This document shows, one piece after another, positions 40,553 to 50,114 of a stretch of DNA of 64,000 nucleotides. The notes beneath the pieces are model-generated. The model saw nothing but the letters and a program-made list of their open reading frames with translations, was not told the DNA's origin and did not search any database. The stretch is from Gemmatimonas sp. (GTDB lineage Bacteria > Gemmatimonadota > Gemmatimonadetes > Gemmatimonadales > Gemmatimonadaceae), in contig OZ257156.1 in NCBI GenBank assembly GCA_965279375.1, positions 3,040,001-3,104,000 of the forward strand. Direction: 5' to 3'. A program made the translations under genes and the position numbers. The stretch's first letter is position 1. Every line of letters begins with the position of its first letter.

Positions 40553-41659
40553 CTGTATTCCCGCTGTATCCACTGCCAACAGTCGCTCGGCAGCAACGAG
40601 TCCATCGAAGCACTGCCCATCGGTCAACGACTCGCGTTCGACGCCGTCCACGGTCGCCTCTGGGTCGTGTGCCGATCGTGTGAGCGCTGGAATCTCACGC
40701 CCTTCGAAGAGCGCTGGGAAGCGATCGAGCAGGCGGAGCGCGCGTTTCGGGATACGCGCGTGCGCGTCAGCACGGACAACATCGGTCTCGCACGACTGCG
40801 CGACGGTACGGAGTTGGTGCGCGTTGGCGCGCCGTTGCGGCCCGAGTTTGCTGCGTGGCGCTATGGGGATCAGTTCGGACGGCGCGGTCGACGCAATCTG
40901 TTAACCACCGCTGGTATCGCCACCGGTGTCTCGGCGGGTGTTGGACTCGCGGTCTCTGGCGCGGTGGCCGCCGGCATTGGAATCGTCGCCGTCGTGCCGG
41001 TCGGGATGGCGCTGCTCTGGACCAGTATTCTCTCGTATACGGTTACGGGGGGCGTGCCACTGCGGCTGCCCGACGGTGAGAAGGTGCAGGTCTTCGGTAC
41101 ACCGCGCATCATCGCGATGGACGTCAGCGAGGGATGGGGGCTCGACATCGGCTGCGCGAACGAGGGACTGCAGCTGCCGCGGAGTCGATACCAGCGTGCG
41201 TGGTTCGAGACGAATCAGTATCAGCCCGCGGACGTCGTACGTCGTCAGCTGCGCGGCAACGATGCCGTGCCGTTCCTGCGGAACATGCTGCTCAAGGTCA
41301 ATCGCGGCGCGGCACCTCGACGTATCATCGCCGACGGGGTGCAGCTCATCGAAGAAGCGGGTGGCCCCGAGAACTTTCCCCGATGGGCCGCGGCAAAGCG
41401 ACACGATTGGGGAATGCGACAGACGTACGGAGACACGGGCGACATCGCATACATCCCGGCCGAGGCACGCCTCGCCTTCGAGATGGCCTTGCATGAGGAG
41501 AGCGAGCGCCGCGCCATGGACGGCGAGCTCGCAGCGCTCGAGCGCGCATGGCAGGACGCGGAAGGCGTTGCGCGCATTGCCGACGACTTACTTACGCCGC
41601 CCGCAGTGCAGCAGCGATTCGACGCAATCAAGTCCGCCGACGGCGACCGCTCAGCCTAA
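40553..41659 (+). CDS. Uncharacterised Zn-ribbon/membrane protein, paralogue 2 (probable CTG start)
   Basis: (L/M)YSRCIHC...VVCRSC aligns with paralogue 1 from residue 1; GAGGA 8 nt upstream; in-frame stop at 40520-40522. Confidence 0.72.
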   Translation: MYSRCIHCQQSLGSNESIEALPIGQRLAFDAVHGRLWVVCRSCERWNLTPFEERWEAIEQAERAFRDTRVRVSTDNIGLARLRDGTELVRVGAPLRPEFAAWRYGDQFGRRGRRNLLTTAGIATGVSAGVGLAVSGAVAAGIGIVAVVPVGMALLWTSILSYTVTGGVPLRLPDGEKVQVFGTPRIIAMDVSEGWGLDIGCANEGLQLPRSRYQRAWFETNQYQPADVVRRQLRGNDAVPFLRNMLLKVNRGAAPRRIIADGVQLIEEAGGPENFPRWAAAKRHDWGMRQTYGDTGDIAYIPAEARLAFEMALHEESERRAMDGELAALERAWQDAEGVARIADDLLTPPAVQQRFDAIKSADGDRSA

Positions 41660-42349
41660 CGAGCGTAGCATCGCGCGAACCGGTGCCGCGTCGGCACCGA
41701 CAAGCGCCAGCGGTTGCGCAAGCAACTCGTAGTGGCCCGCTGCGACCGCATCGAGCGCGAGATTCTCCAGCACGTACGCGCCACCACCAAACAGTGCGTG
41801 ATGCACCGGCAGGTCTTTGCTCTCGCGTGCATCCACACTCGGCGCATCCGTTCCCCACAGCCTGAGCCCCGAGGAGACGAGCCATGCCGCAGCCGCCGCG
41901 TCGAGCGCCGGCCATGCGTCGGGAAAGGATCCACGCGACACGGAGTATCCCGTGCGACAGAGCAGTCGCGACGGCACCACGCTCGCAGGATAGGCGTCGA
42001 TCAACGGCGCATCTGGCGTCGGCAGACGCGGGGCCGGTGCGAGCAACGCCTCGAGTAGCCCGCGTGTGATCGGTTGCTGCGGGTCGAAGTCGGGCGCCAA
42101 CGTGATCACGCGCGCAGGGCCAACGAATGCGCGCACCGCCAACGTTTCGCTTGCGCCCCAACTCGACTCCACATGCAGCGGGGCATCGGCATGCGTGCCC
42201 GCGTGCGCGCTCATATGCATCGCACCCAGGTTCACACTCGAGCCGTCCTCGCGCCGCGCGGTCCATCCACACGAAAACGGCACGTCGCCCGGCCAGACGG
42301 GAACGCTGGCCGAGTAGGGTACCGAGATGTCGATCAGTGCGCGGGTCAG
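41651..42349 (-). CDS. kynB: Kynurenine formamidase / cyclase family (probable CTG start overlapping the kynA stop)
   Basis: LIDIS...VWPGD N terminus, HAGTHADAP, GTDAPSVD, LENL, DAAPVRA. Confidence 0.85.
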   Translation of the reverse strand: MTRALIDISVPYSASVPVWPGDVPFSCGWTARREDGSSVNLGAMHMSAHAGTHADAPLHVESSWGASETLAVRAFVGPARVITLAPDFDPQQPITRGLLEALLAPAPRLPTPDAPLIDAYPASVVPSRLLCRTGYSVSRGSFPDAWPALDAAAAAWLVSSGLRLWGTDAPSVDARESKDLPVHHALFGGGAYVLENLALDAVAAGHYELLAQPLALVGADAAPVRAMLRSLG

Positions 42350-43098
42350 CTGCCCCGCCCGTAGAACTCACTTCGGACAGCCCACAGCGCGGGGAAGAAC
42401 TTGTTGGCCACCGTACGCGAGAGATACTTCGCGCCGAGTGTCCCACCGGTGCCGCCCGTACCCGGACCGATGATGCGCTCCACCAACTGCACATGCAGAA
42501 AGCGCCACCGTGCAAAGCGCTGCTCGAACTCGAGCAGTCCTTCCACCAAGAGAAAGAGCGGCGTAGGGCCCGGTCCCATGTACAACGACGCCAATGCAAC
42601 GCCTTCGTGATCGAGCAACGCCAGCACCAGCGACTGCAAGGTCGGGCGCTCCAGTGCCGCCTTCACCACGGCGGGCGGTTCGCCGTGCTCGGCGATAGCG
42701 GTGAGAAAATGCGCGTCGCGCAAACCCGCCGTGGCCTCGATCGCGCGGAACTGCGCGCTCTGCGATCCACTCGACTGGCCGAGGTAGGCGCGGAATTGCG
42801 CAAAGCGCTGCGGTGGCAGAGTGTCGAGCGCCGAGAGCTGCTGGGCGACGATTTCGGTCAGGACGTTCACGCGCTGCACCGAGAGCAGCGAACGCATCGT
42901 GTCGAACGACGACAACGCGGCAATCAGCACGTCCATCTCGTGCAGCAGCACCTTGAACCACAGCTCGCTCGCCTGGTGCACCACGATGAACAGCAACTCG
43001 TCCGGGTGTTCCGGCTTGGATTGGAGCGTCTGCAACGCGAGGAGTTCATCGACGCGCAGGTAACTGCCGTAATCGATCGTGCTCGAAGAGTCGGACAT
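42346..43098 (-). CDS. kynA: Tryptophan 2,3-dioxygenase
   Basis: YGSYL..DELL.LQ, HPDELLFIVVHQ.SELWFK, SGSQS.QFR, VERIIG..TGGTGG. Confidence 0.92.
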   Translation of the reverse strand: MSDSSSTIDYGSYLRVDELLALQTLQSKPEHPDELLFIVVHQASELWFKVLLHEMDVLIAALSSFDTMRSLLSVQRVNVLTEIVAQQLSALDTLPPQRFAQFRAYLGQSSGSQSAQFRAIEATAGLRDAHFLTAIAEHGEPPAVVKAALERPTLQSLVLALLDHEGVALASLYMGPGPTPLFLLVEGLLEFEQRFARWRFLHVQLVERIIGPGTGGTGGTLGAKYLSRTVANKFFPALWAVRSEFYGRGS

Positions 43099-43130
43099 GG
43101 GCGGCCTGACGAAAGGAGTCCGAGTCCGAC

Positions 43131-43853
43131 CTAGAAGGTCGAGACGCCAAGACTCGTGACGTCGTCCACCTGCATGGTCTCCTCGGTGAAGAACGGCTCG
43201 CCGTATCGTGCGCGAATGAGCGAGCCGTAATGTGCCGCCTGATGCATAACCATGTCGTACAGCGGTTCGCCATTCGGGAAAACTTCGCCCGCCTGCGTCG
43301 CACCATCGAATTGCGAGCTGTAGCAGCGAATCGCCGTCATCTTCCGTTCGAATTGCTCCGTCACATCCACCACGAACGTCGGCTTGCCTGCGTCTTCGCG
43401 GTACGTGACCACGTGCAGCAGCTTGAACGGCCGAAAGACCGGCGCGTCGCCCGGCGCATACTTCGCGAGCCCCGAGAGAAAACAGGCGTCGCGAATGAGC
43501 TCGGTCGCGAGACGATGATCGGGGTGACGACCGCGAGGCGCCGGCGCGATCACGACGCGGGGGCGCAGTCGGCGCAGCATCTGCACCAGTCGCGCGCGCG
43601 TTTCGTCGGTGTTGCTGATCCCTGCATCGGGCAACGCGAGATTCTCTCGCACCGAGAGCCCCATCACGCGCGCCGCCGCTTCCGCTTCGGCCGCTCGGAG
43701 CTCCGCAGATCCGCGCGTCCCCATTTCGCCTTGCGTCAGATCGAGAACGCCCACGCGCTTGCCCAGATCCACCGCGCGAATGAGCGTACCGCCACAGGTG
43801 AGTTCCGCATCGTCGCGATGCGCCGCAATTGCCAGCAGGTCGAGATCAGCCAT
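43131..43853 (-). CDS. bshB1: Bacillithiol biosynthesis deacetylase BshB1 (PIG-L family)
   Basis: AH.DDAEL.CGGT, DLTQGEMGTRG, RHPDH, SGLAK, YSSQF, Y.EPF. Confidence 0.82.
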   Translation of the reverse strand: MADLDLLAIAAHRDDAELTCGGTLIRAVDLGKRVGVLDLTQGEMGTRGSAELRAAEAEAAARVMGLSVRENLALPDAGISNTDETRARLVQMLRRLRPRVVIAPAPRGRHPDHRLATELIRDACFLSGLAKYAPGDAPVFRPFKLLHVVTYREDAGKPTFVVDVTEQFERKMTAIRCYSSQFDGATQAGEVFPNGEPLYDMVMHQAAHYGSLIRARYGEPFFTEETMQVDDVTSLGVSTF

Positions 43854-43886
43854 GCAGGAAGCTAGTGGAGCTTCCGATCGACCGCG

Positions 43887-45359
43887 TCAGCCTGCGCGCG
43901 TGAGGTACGCGGCGACGCGCTCGGCCAGCTGCTGCCCGCTCGCTACGCAATCGCCCACCGAAACGCCGTTGCGATAGTTGCCGGCGAGATAGAGCCCAGG
44001 GTTGGCGAGCTCGGTGGCATCGGCTGCGTCCTTCACGCTCTGGTAGCCCAGCGTGTACTGCGGGATCGCACGCGGCCAGAAGACGTGCTTCACGTAGACG
44101 GGGTCGGCACGCACACCCAGCAGACTTCGCAGGTCGTGCATCACGCGTCCCATCAAGACGTCGGTGCTTTCACGCGCCACTTTCGGGTTGCGCGCGCCGC
44201 CCACGAAGCAGGTGATCGTGACGTGCTCCTCGGGCGCGCGCGCCGGAAACAGCGACGAGCTGAAGAGCGCGCCGAGCACCGTGCGCCCTTCGGCGGCGGG
44301 AATGAGCATCCCGAATCCGTCCAGCGGGTGTGCCACGTCGGCGCGGCGGAAGCCCAGGGTGAACGTGCTCACCGGCGGATACTCCACCTGCTCGACGGGC
44401 GCGGAGTCGCGACGGAGCGAGGCGGGCAATTCCATCGCAGCCAGCACGTGGGCCGGCGTGGCCATCACGACGGCATCGACGCGGTGCATGCGCGTGGCTC
44501 CTTCCGCGCCCGCTTCGAGCTCCCAGCGCGCCTCGGCGCGATGCAGCAGCCGCACGGGGCAGCCAAGGCGCACAATGCCCGTCAGCGAGGCCTCGAGCGC
44601 GTCGGTGAGGGTTTGCATGCCATCGACGAACGAAATCAGCCTGGCGGGCCCCACCGGCGTCTGGGCGACGACGTTGGTCGCCGTTGCCGCCTGCGCGCGT
44701 GCCTGCTTGGCGGCGCGACGCTGCGCCATCAGCCCCTTGGAGATCGAGCCATGCGTGCGTTCGAGCTCGTAGACGCGCGGGAATGCGTGCGCCATCGACA
44801 GCTGCTCAGGGTCGCCAGCGAAGATCCCCGAGATGAATGGGTCCACCGCATAGTCCAGCACCTCACGCCCCAGCCGCCGACGCACGAACGACGCGATCGA
44901 CTCATCGCCTGTGGCCGCGCCACGTGAGACAAGCGGCTCGGCCAGTACACGCAGCTTGGCCCGGAGTGAGAACAGCCGGGTGCCGAGCATCGCCGGCGGT
45001 GTGAGCGGGAAGGGAATCAGTCGACCGCCACGCACGATGAACCGGCGGTTTGCGTCGGGGTCGGCTTCCACCACATCGCCCTGCAGGTCGAGCTTGCCAA
45101 GCAGCTCTTCGACCGGCGCAGAACTCACGAACGAGTTGGGGCCGTGTTCGGCGAGAAACCCATCGTCGTGCGTGGTGCGGATCGCACCGCCCGTCTGGTT
45201 GGACGCTTCGTACAGGGTGACGTTCACGCCCTTGCGTCGCAGCTCATACGCCGCGACCAGGCCGGTGATGCCTGCGCCGACCACAGCCACTGACCGATGA
45301 TCGCCGGGGTCCGGCTCTGTCGGAATCACGTTGCTGGACCTGTCAGCCAGCGCCCGCAT
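43887..45359 (-). CDS. hemY: FAD-dependent protoporphyrinogen oxidase (HemY-type)
   Basis: VVGAGITGL, E.GPNSF, GIFAGDP, GFGMLIP, AIPQY, GNY..GVSVGDC. Confidence 0.9.
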   Translation of the reverse strand: MRALADRSSNVIPTEPDPGDHRSVAVVGAGITGLVAAYELRRKGVNVTLYEASNQTGGAIRTTHDDGFLAEHGPNSFVSSAPVEELLGKLDLQGDVVEADPDANRRFIVRGGRLIPFPLTPPAMLGTRLFSLRAKLRVLAEPLVSRGAATGDESIASFVRRRLGREVLDYAVDPFISGIFAGDPEQLSMAHAFPRVYELERTHGSISKGLMAQRRAAKQARAQAATATNVVAQTPVGPARLISFVDGMQTLTDALEASLTGIVRLGCPVRLLHRAEARWELEAGAEGATRMHRVDAVVMATPAHVLAAMELPASLRRDSAPVEQVEYPPVSTFTLGFRRADVAHPLDGFGMLIPAAEGRTVLGALFSSSLFPARAPEEHVTITCFVGGARNPKVARESTDVLMGRVMHDLRSLLGVRADPVYVKHVFWPRAIPQYTLGYQSVKDAADATELANPGLYLAGNYRNGVSVGDCVASGQQLAERVAAYLTRAG

Positions 45360-45362
45360 GAC

Positions 45363-46364
45363 TCACTCTCCGGTGGCGTCCGCCGCCCAGTCCCGCGGTT
45401 CGAGCATCTGCACGAGTTGCGCTTCAAACGAATCGGGGGCGTACCGCGGCGCATACTGCCACATCGCCAGCGGCGGAAGGCTCATCAGCACGCTCTCGAT
45501 GCGCGCCTGCGTCTGCAGTCCGAAAATCGTGCCACGGTCGTGCACGAGATTGAACTCCACGTAGCGCCCCCGACGAACGAGCTGAAAATCGCGGTGCGCC
45601 TGCGTGAACGCCAAGTCGCGACGGCGCTCGACGATCGGCTCGTACGTGTGGCGCAATACGCGCGCGACATCGCTGACGAACGCGGTCACCGCCTCCAACG
45701 ACATCCCGTGGGACGGATCGTCCGCGCGCAGATGATCGAAGAATATGCCGCCAACGCCGCGCGCTTCGTTGTTGCGATGCACGTTCACGAAGTATTCGTC
45801 GCAGCGCTGCTTGAACTCGGGGTAGAAGCTCGCGTGATGCCGATCGCACATGGTGCGCAGTCCCTGATGGAACAGTGCGGCGTCTTCATGATGCGGATAG
45901 AACGGCGTCAGGTCAGTGCCACCGCCAAACCAGCTGTCGGTGATCTGTCCCTGTTCATCGGTGAGCTCGAAGTAGCGCACGTTGAGATGGACCGTGGGCA
46001 CCATCGGGCTGCGCGGGTGCACCACCAGGCTCACGCCCGTGGCGAAGAAATGCGTGGCACCGGCTGCGGCCCCGTGGCCACCCAAGCGACGCGCTGCCAA
46101 TTCCGGCAGCTCGCCCATCACCGCGGAGCGGTTGATGCCCGCCTTTTCGAACGTGATGCCATCGGTCATGACACGGGCCACGCCACCGCCACCGCCGGGT
46201 CGCTCCCAACGGTCTTCCGTGAAGGTGCCGCCCTTGTCGAGCCGGCCGAAGAACGACGTCAGCTCGTCGTGCAGACCGGCGATCCAGCGCTTCGCTTCCG
46301 CGCGCTGTGAGGCCGACGTGTGTTTGTTCAGAATTCGCTCGGTCGGAAAGACGGCAGCGCTCAT
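45363..46364 (-). CDS. hemF: Oxygen-dependent coproporphyrinogen III oxidase
   Basis: W.R..GGGG, FEKAG, GVSLVVHP..P..PTVHLN.RYF, RGRYVEFNL..DRGT.FGL. Confidence 0.96.
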   Translation of the reverse strand: MSAAVFPTERILNKHTSASQRAEAKRWIAGLHDELTSFFGRLDKGGTFTEDRWERPGGGGGVARVMTDGITFEKAGINRSAVMGELPELAARRLGGHGAAAGATHFFATGVSLVVHPRSPMVPTVHLNVRYFELTDEQGQITDSWFGGGTDLTPFYPHHEDAALFHQGLRTMCDRHHASFYPEFKQRCDEYFVNVHRNNEARGVGGIFFDHLRADDPSHGMSLEAVTAFVSDVARVLRHTYEPIVERRRDLAFTQAHRDFQLVRRGRYVEFNLVHDRGTIFGLQTQARIESVLMSLPPLAMWQYAPRYAPDSFEAQLVQMLEPRDWAADATGE

Positions 46365-47470
46365 GGCACACCTGCGAGTTGCGCGTGACTGCCAGCTCGC
46401 GCGATTGCCTCATCGGTCCAGCGCCATTCCTTGACGGCGTCGATGAAGGCGCGCGCGTGCGCCGGCGGAACATCGGGAAGAATTCCGTGGCCCAGGTTGG
46501 CCACATGACCAACAGGCCCGAACGCGGCGATCATCTCGTGGGTGCGACGGCGAATCTCGGCGGGCGAGCCATACAGCGCGCACGGATCGAGGTTGCCCTG
46601 CAGCGCGACACCGTATGGCGCGCACTGCTGCCGCGCATGCTGCGGTGTCGTGTGCCAGTCCACACCGATCGCTTCCGCGCCGGTGGCCTCCGCGATCTCG
46701 CCCAGCGCCCAACCTGCACCCGGCGCGAAGACGATCAGCGGCACACCGGTGGACTTCACCTGCTTGGCGATGCGCGCGAGGTACGGGATGCAGAACTCGC
46801 GGAATTCCGCGGGTCCGAGTGCACCGGCCCACGATTCGAAGAGCTGCAGCGCCTGCGCGCCCGCTTCGACCTGGGCGACCATGTAATCGCCCACCGCGGT
46901 CGCCAACCGATCGAGCAGCGTGTGCGCCAACGTGGGCTGTTCGAACAGCATGCGCTTGGCAACGGCGAACTGCTTGGTGCCTTTGCCTTCGACCATGTAG
47001 GCCGCGAGCGTCCACGGCGCGCCCGCGAATCCGATCAGGGGGACCTTGTTGTCGATTTCACGCCGCGCGAGGCGGAGGGCGCCGAGCACGTATCCCAATC
47101 CATCGCGCGGATCGACTGCATGCAGGCGTGACAGATCGGCGGCGCTGCGAATCGGGGACGGGAACTGCGGGCCGACACCTTCGTCGAGCGTCAGGTGCAT
47201 GCCCATCGCTTCCGGGATCACCAGGATGTCGCTGAAGATGATCGCGGCATCGACGCCGACGAGATCGAGCGGCTGCAACGTGACTTCCACGGCGAGTTCC
47301 GGCGTGCGGCACATCGTCAGGAAGTCGGACTTCGCGCGCACGGCGCGGTACTCCGGGAGATAGCGGCCAGCCTGACGCATCATCCAAACCGGCGGACGCT
47401 CGACAGGCGCGGACGCCAGTGCGCGAAGCAGGAGATCGTTAACAGGGCGCACTGACGGATCGAACGACAT
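46361..47470 (-). CDS. hemE: Uroporphyrinogen decarboxylase
   Basis: PVWMMRQAGRYLPEYR, DAAIIFSDIL, GFAGAPWT, QGNLDP, NLGHG. Confidence 0.97.
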   Translation of the reverse strand: MSFDPSVRPVNDLLLRALASAPVERPPVWMMRQAGRYLPEYRAVRAKSDFLTMCRTPELAVEVTLQPLDLVGVDAAIIFSDILVIPEAMGMHLTLDEGVGPQFPSPIRSAADLSRLHAVDPRDGLGYVLGALRLARREIDNKVPLIGFAGAPWTLAAYMVEGKGTKQFAVAKRMLFEQPTLAHTLLDRLATAVGDYMVAQVEAGAQALQLFESWAGALGPAEFREFCIPYLARIAKQVKSTGVPLIVFAPGAGWALGEIAEATGAEAIGVDWHTTPQHARQQCAPYGVALQGNLDPCALYGSPAEIRRRTHEMIAAFGPVGHVANLGHGILPDVPPAHARAFIDAVKEWRWTDEAIARAGSHAQLAGVP

Positions 47471-48855
47471 TACGTGAACTGCTCCGGAGAGAGGGCCATG
47501 CGGGACGACGCCGAACGGGGCTCAGCGCGCAACTCGCGTGACGCATCCGGCGTCACGTCTCGGCGCGAGCGACCAGTCCGCGGACCGCGCGCCATCGGCG
47601 TCGCGTTCGGCGAAAACATTTCGAGCAGCATCATCGCCTGTGCGTCGAGCGGCTCGCCACGCTGTACGGCACGTCGCAGTGCCGCCATCGGGCCGGCGAG
47701 CAGCTTGGCGACGATGCGCGCCGCCGTCCGATCGGCGACTTCCGGATCGCCAGCGGCGAACGCCACTTCACGCCGTGCGACGCCCTCGAGCGCTTCGCGC
47801 AACGGCTTGATCGCATCGCGCGCCGGCATCGTGGCCAGCCAGTCGGCGAACTGCGCGATTTCATCTTCGCAAATGCGCGACGCCACCGGCACCGCATCGC
47901 GGCGCATCTCTTCGGCGTCGAGAATCGGCTGGTGCAACGTGTCGAGATCGACGAGCGTGACGCCCAACTGCTCGGTCACGCGCGGGTCGATGTTGCGCGG
48001 CACGCTCAGGTCCATCAGCAACAGCGCATAACCCGACGCCGCACACGCCTCACGTGCATGGCGCAACGCGTCGTGCGTGAGCACCGGTACTTCACTGCCC
48101 GTCGCGATGATGACCACGTCGGCCATTGCCGCCTCGATGTGCAACGCTTCCATCGGCGCCGCGCGACCGCCCACGTACTTGGCCAACTCGTGCGCCTTCT
48201 CGAACGTGCGATTGATCAGCACGATGTCGCGCGCCCCGAGCTTGTGGAGCTGCTTCGCCGCGCGCGTGCCCGTCTTGCCCGAGCCCACCACCACGCACCG
48301 CGCGTTCTGCAAGTTGCCGAAACGCTGCGAGGCCGTCACCGCCGCTTCCGCACCCACTGAATTGCGACCTGCCGACAGCGACGTCTCCGTTTGCACGCGC
48401 TTGCCCGCACGCAGCGCCGTCTCGAAGAGGCGATGCAGCACCGGTCCTGCCGCATGTCCATGCGAGGCGCGCTTGTAGGCCGTGCGCAGCTGTCCGAGAA
48501 TCTGTCCATCGCCCAGCACCTGCGACTCGAGCCCCGACGCGATGCGTACAACATGACGTGCGGCCTGCTCTCCGTAGCGACGCGTCGCCGTCTGCAGCAG
48601 CTGGTCACCTTCCGCCCGTGTGCGCATCCAGCGGCGCGCGAGCGTCTGCACCGCTCGCTCAACCACCTTCATGTCTTCACTGTCCACCCACGCATACAGC
48701 TCGGTGCGATTGCAGGTGGCAATGAGTGCAGCTTCGGTGACGATTTCACTTCGCGCGGTGCGATAGAGTTGCGTCAAGCGCTCTTCCGACAAATGGAAGC
48801 GCTCACGCGTCGCTACGTCTGCGAGACGGAAATCGATCGCGATCGAAATCAGCAT
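47470..48855 (-). CDS. hemA: Glutamyl-tRNA reductase
   Basis: TCNRTELY (catalytic Cys), GLESQVLGD.QILGQ, VGSG dinucleotide fold, NRT, DLSVPRNIDP. Confidence 0.92.
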   Translation of the reverse strand: MLISIAIDFRLADVATRERFHLSEERLTQLYRTARSEIVTEAALIATCNRTELYAWVDSEDMKVVERAVQTLARRWMRTRAEGDQLLQTATRRYGEQAARHVVRIASGLESQVLGDGQILGQLRTAYKRASHGHAAGPVLHRLFETALRAGKRVQTETSLSAGRNSVGAEAAVTASQRFGNLQNARCVVVGSGKTGTRAAKQLHKLGARDIVLINRTFEKAHELAKYVGGRAAPMEALHIEAAMADVVIIATGSEVPVLTHDALRHAREACAASGYALLLMDLSVPRNIDPRVTEQLGVTLVDLDTLHQPILDAEEMRRDAVPVASRICEDEIAQFADWLATMPARDAIKPLREALEGVARREVAFAAGDPEVADRTAARIVAKLLAGPMAALRRAVQRGEPLDAQAMMLLEMFSPNATPMARGPRTGRSRRDVTPDASRELRAEPRSASSRMALSPEQFT

Positions 48856-48880
48856 TGGTGGGCGGGCAGTGGCCGGGGGC

Positions 48881-50092
48881 TCACGCGGTCGCGAGACCGG
48901 TGAGATGCGCGAGATTCTTGAAGAAGATCCGCACGTGAGCGAGCGGTTTGGCCTTCACCAGCTGCTTGTTCATGTAGCCATCGAACGTCAGCTGTTGCAC
49001 ATCACGATCTCGGCAGATCGCCACGAAGCGCTCGCGACGATTGTCGTTGCTGTACCAGAAGTTCTGCATGATGTCGAGCACCGCGAACACTGGTCCATGC
49101 ATGCGCATGAACTTGCGACGGGCCATCCGCAACGCTTTCGCGTTACCGGTCTTCAACGCTTCCTCGACCGCCTGTGCGGCAAACCGTCCACCCGTCATAG
49201 CATAGAAGATGCCTTCTCCGCTGGCGGGCGCAACCACACCAGCCGCATCTCCTGCCAATACGACGTCTCGACCGTTGTCCCACTTGGGGAGTGGCTTAAT
49301 CGGGATTGGCGCACCTTCCTTGCGAATCGTCTCCACCTGATCGAGTCCGGTGTCGTGCCGAAGCTTCGCCACGGCCTCCTTGAGACCGAAACCCTTCTGC
49401 AACGTACCGGTGCCGATGCTCGTCGTCGCGCCGTGCGGAAACACCCACGCGTAAAAGTCGGGCGAGAGCGGCGCCTGGTAGTACACGTCACAGCGGGCCG
49501 CGCCGAAGTCCGCCTTGTCATCCACTGGCGACTTCACGATCTCGTGGTAGGCGAACACGTGTCGTGCCTTGTGCGCACCCGGCACGCACTGACGTGCGAC
49601 CGGCGACAGCGCGCCGTCCGCGCCCACGACCATGCGGGCCCGCACCTGACGCGTCTCACCCGAGCGCGACTTGCCATCGGTGTAGCTGAGCACGGCCACA
49701 CCGTCGTCGCCACGCGAGAACTGCGTGAACGTTCCGGTCCGACGCTCCGCGCCCGCCGACACGGCGCGCTGGCGCAGCCACTCGTCGAACACGTCACGGT
49801 CCACCATGCCCACAAAGCCATCGCCCACCGGGATGTCGACTTTTCGGAACTTGGGCGAGATGATGCGCGCCGTATCGATGTGCGCGACCAGCATCGACTC
49901 GGGGACGTCGAAGTCCTTGAGCAGCTGCGGCGGTACCGCGCCACCGCACGGCTTCGTGCGCCCGGCGCGATCGAGGAGCAGCACCTTGCGTCCCGCGCGC
50001 GCCAGTTCGTGCGCAGCGGTTGCTCCAGCCGGCCCACCACCCACTACAACGACGTCGTACAGCGACTGCTCCGAAGCCATTTGCTCGCTCAT
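48881..50092 (-). CDS. bchP: Geranylgeranyl reductase
   Basis: GGGPAGA, KPCGGAVPP, SPDFYAWVFPH, GDAAG.V...SGEGI. Confidence 0.95.
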   Translation of the reverse strand: MSEQMASEQSLYDVVVVGGGPAGATAAHELARAGRKVLLLDRAGRTKPCGGAVPPQLLKDFDVPESMLVAHIDTARIISPKFRKVDIPVGDGFVGMVDRDVFDEWLRQRAVSAGAERRTGTFTQFSRGDDGVAVLSYTDGKSRSGETRQVRARMVVGADGALSPVARQCVPGAHKARHVFAYHEIVKSPVDDKADFGAARCDVYYQAPLSPDFYAWVFPHGATTSIGTGTLQKGFGLKEAVAKLRHDTGLDQVETIRKEGAPIPIKPLPKWDNGRDVVLAGDAAGVVAPASGEGIFYAMTGGRFAAQAVEEALKTGNAKALRMARRKFMRMHGPVFAVLDIMQNFWYSNDNRRERFVAICRDRDVQQLTFDGYMNKQLVKAKPLAHVRIFFKNLAHLTGLATA

Positions 50093-50114
50093 AGCACACC
50101 CCTCGTCACGCTGA

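Noticed and set aside
47470..48855. 5-aminolevulinate synthase, the hemA typical of alphaproteobacterial photosynthesis clusters
   Set aside because: Motifs are those of glutamyl-tRNA reductase (TCNR, NADPH fold), not a PLP enzyme.
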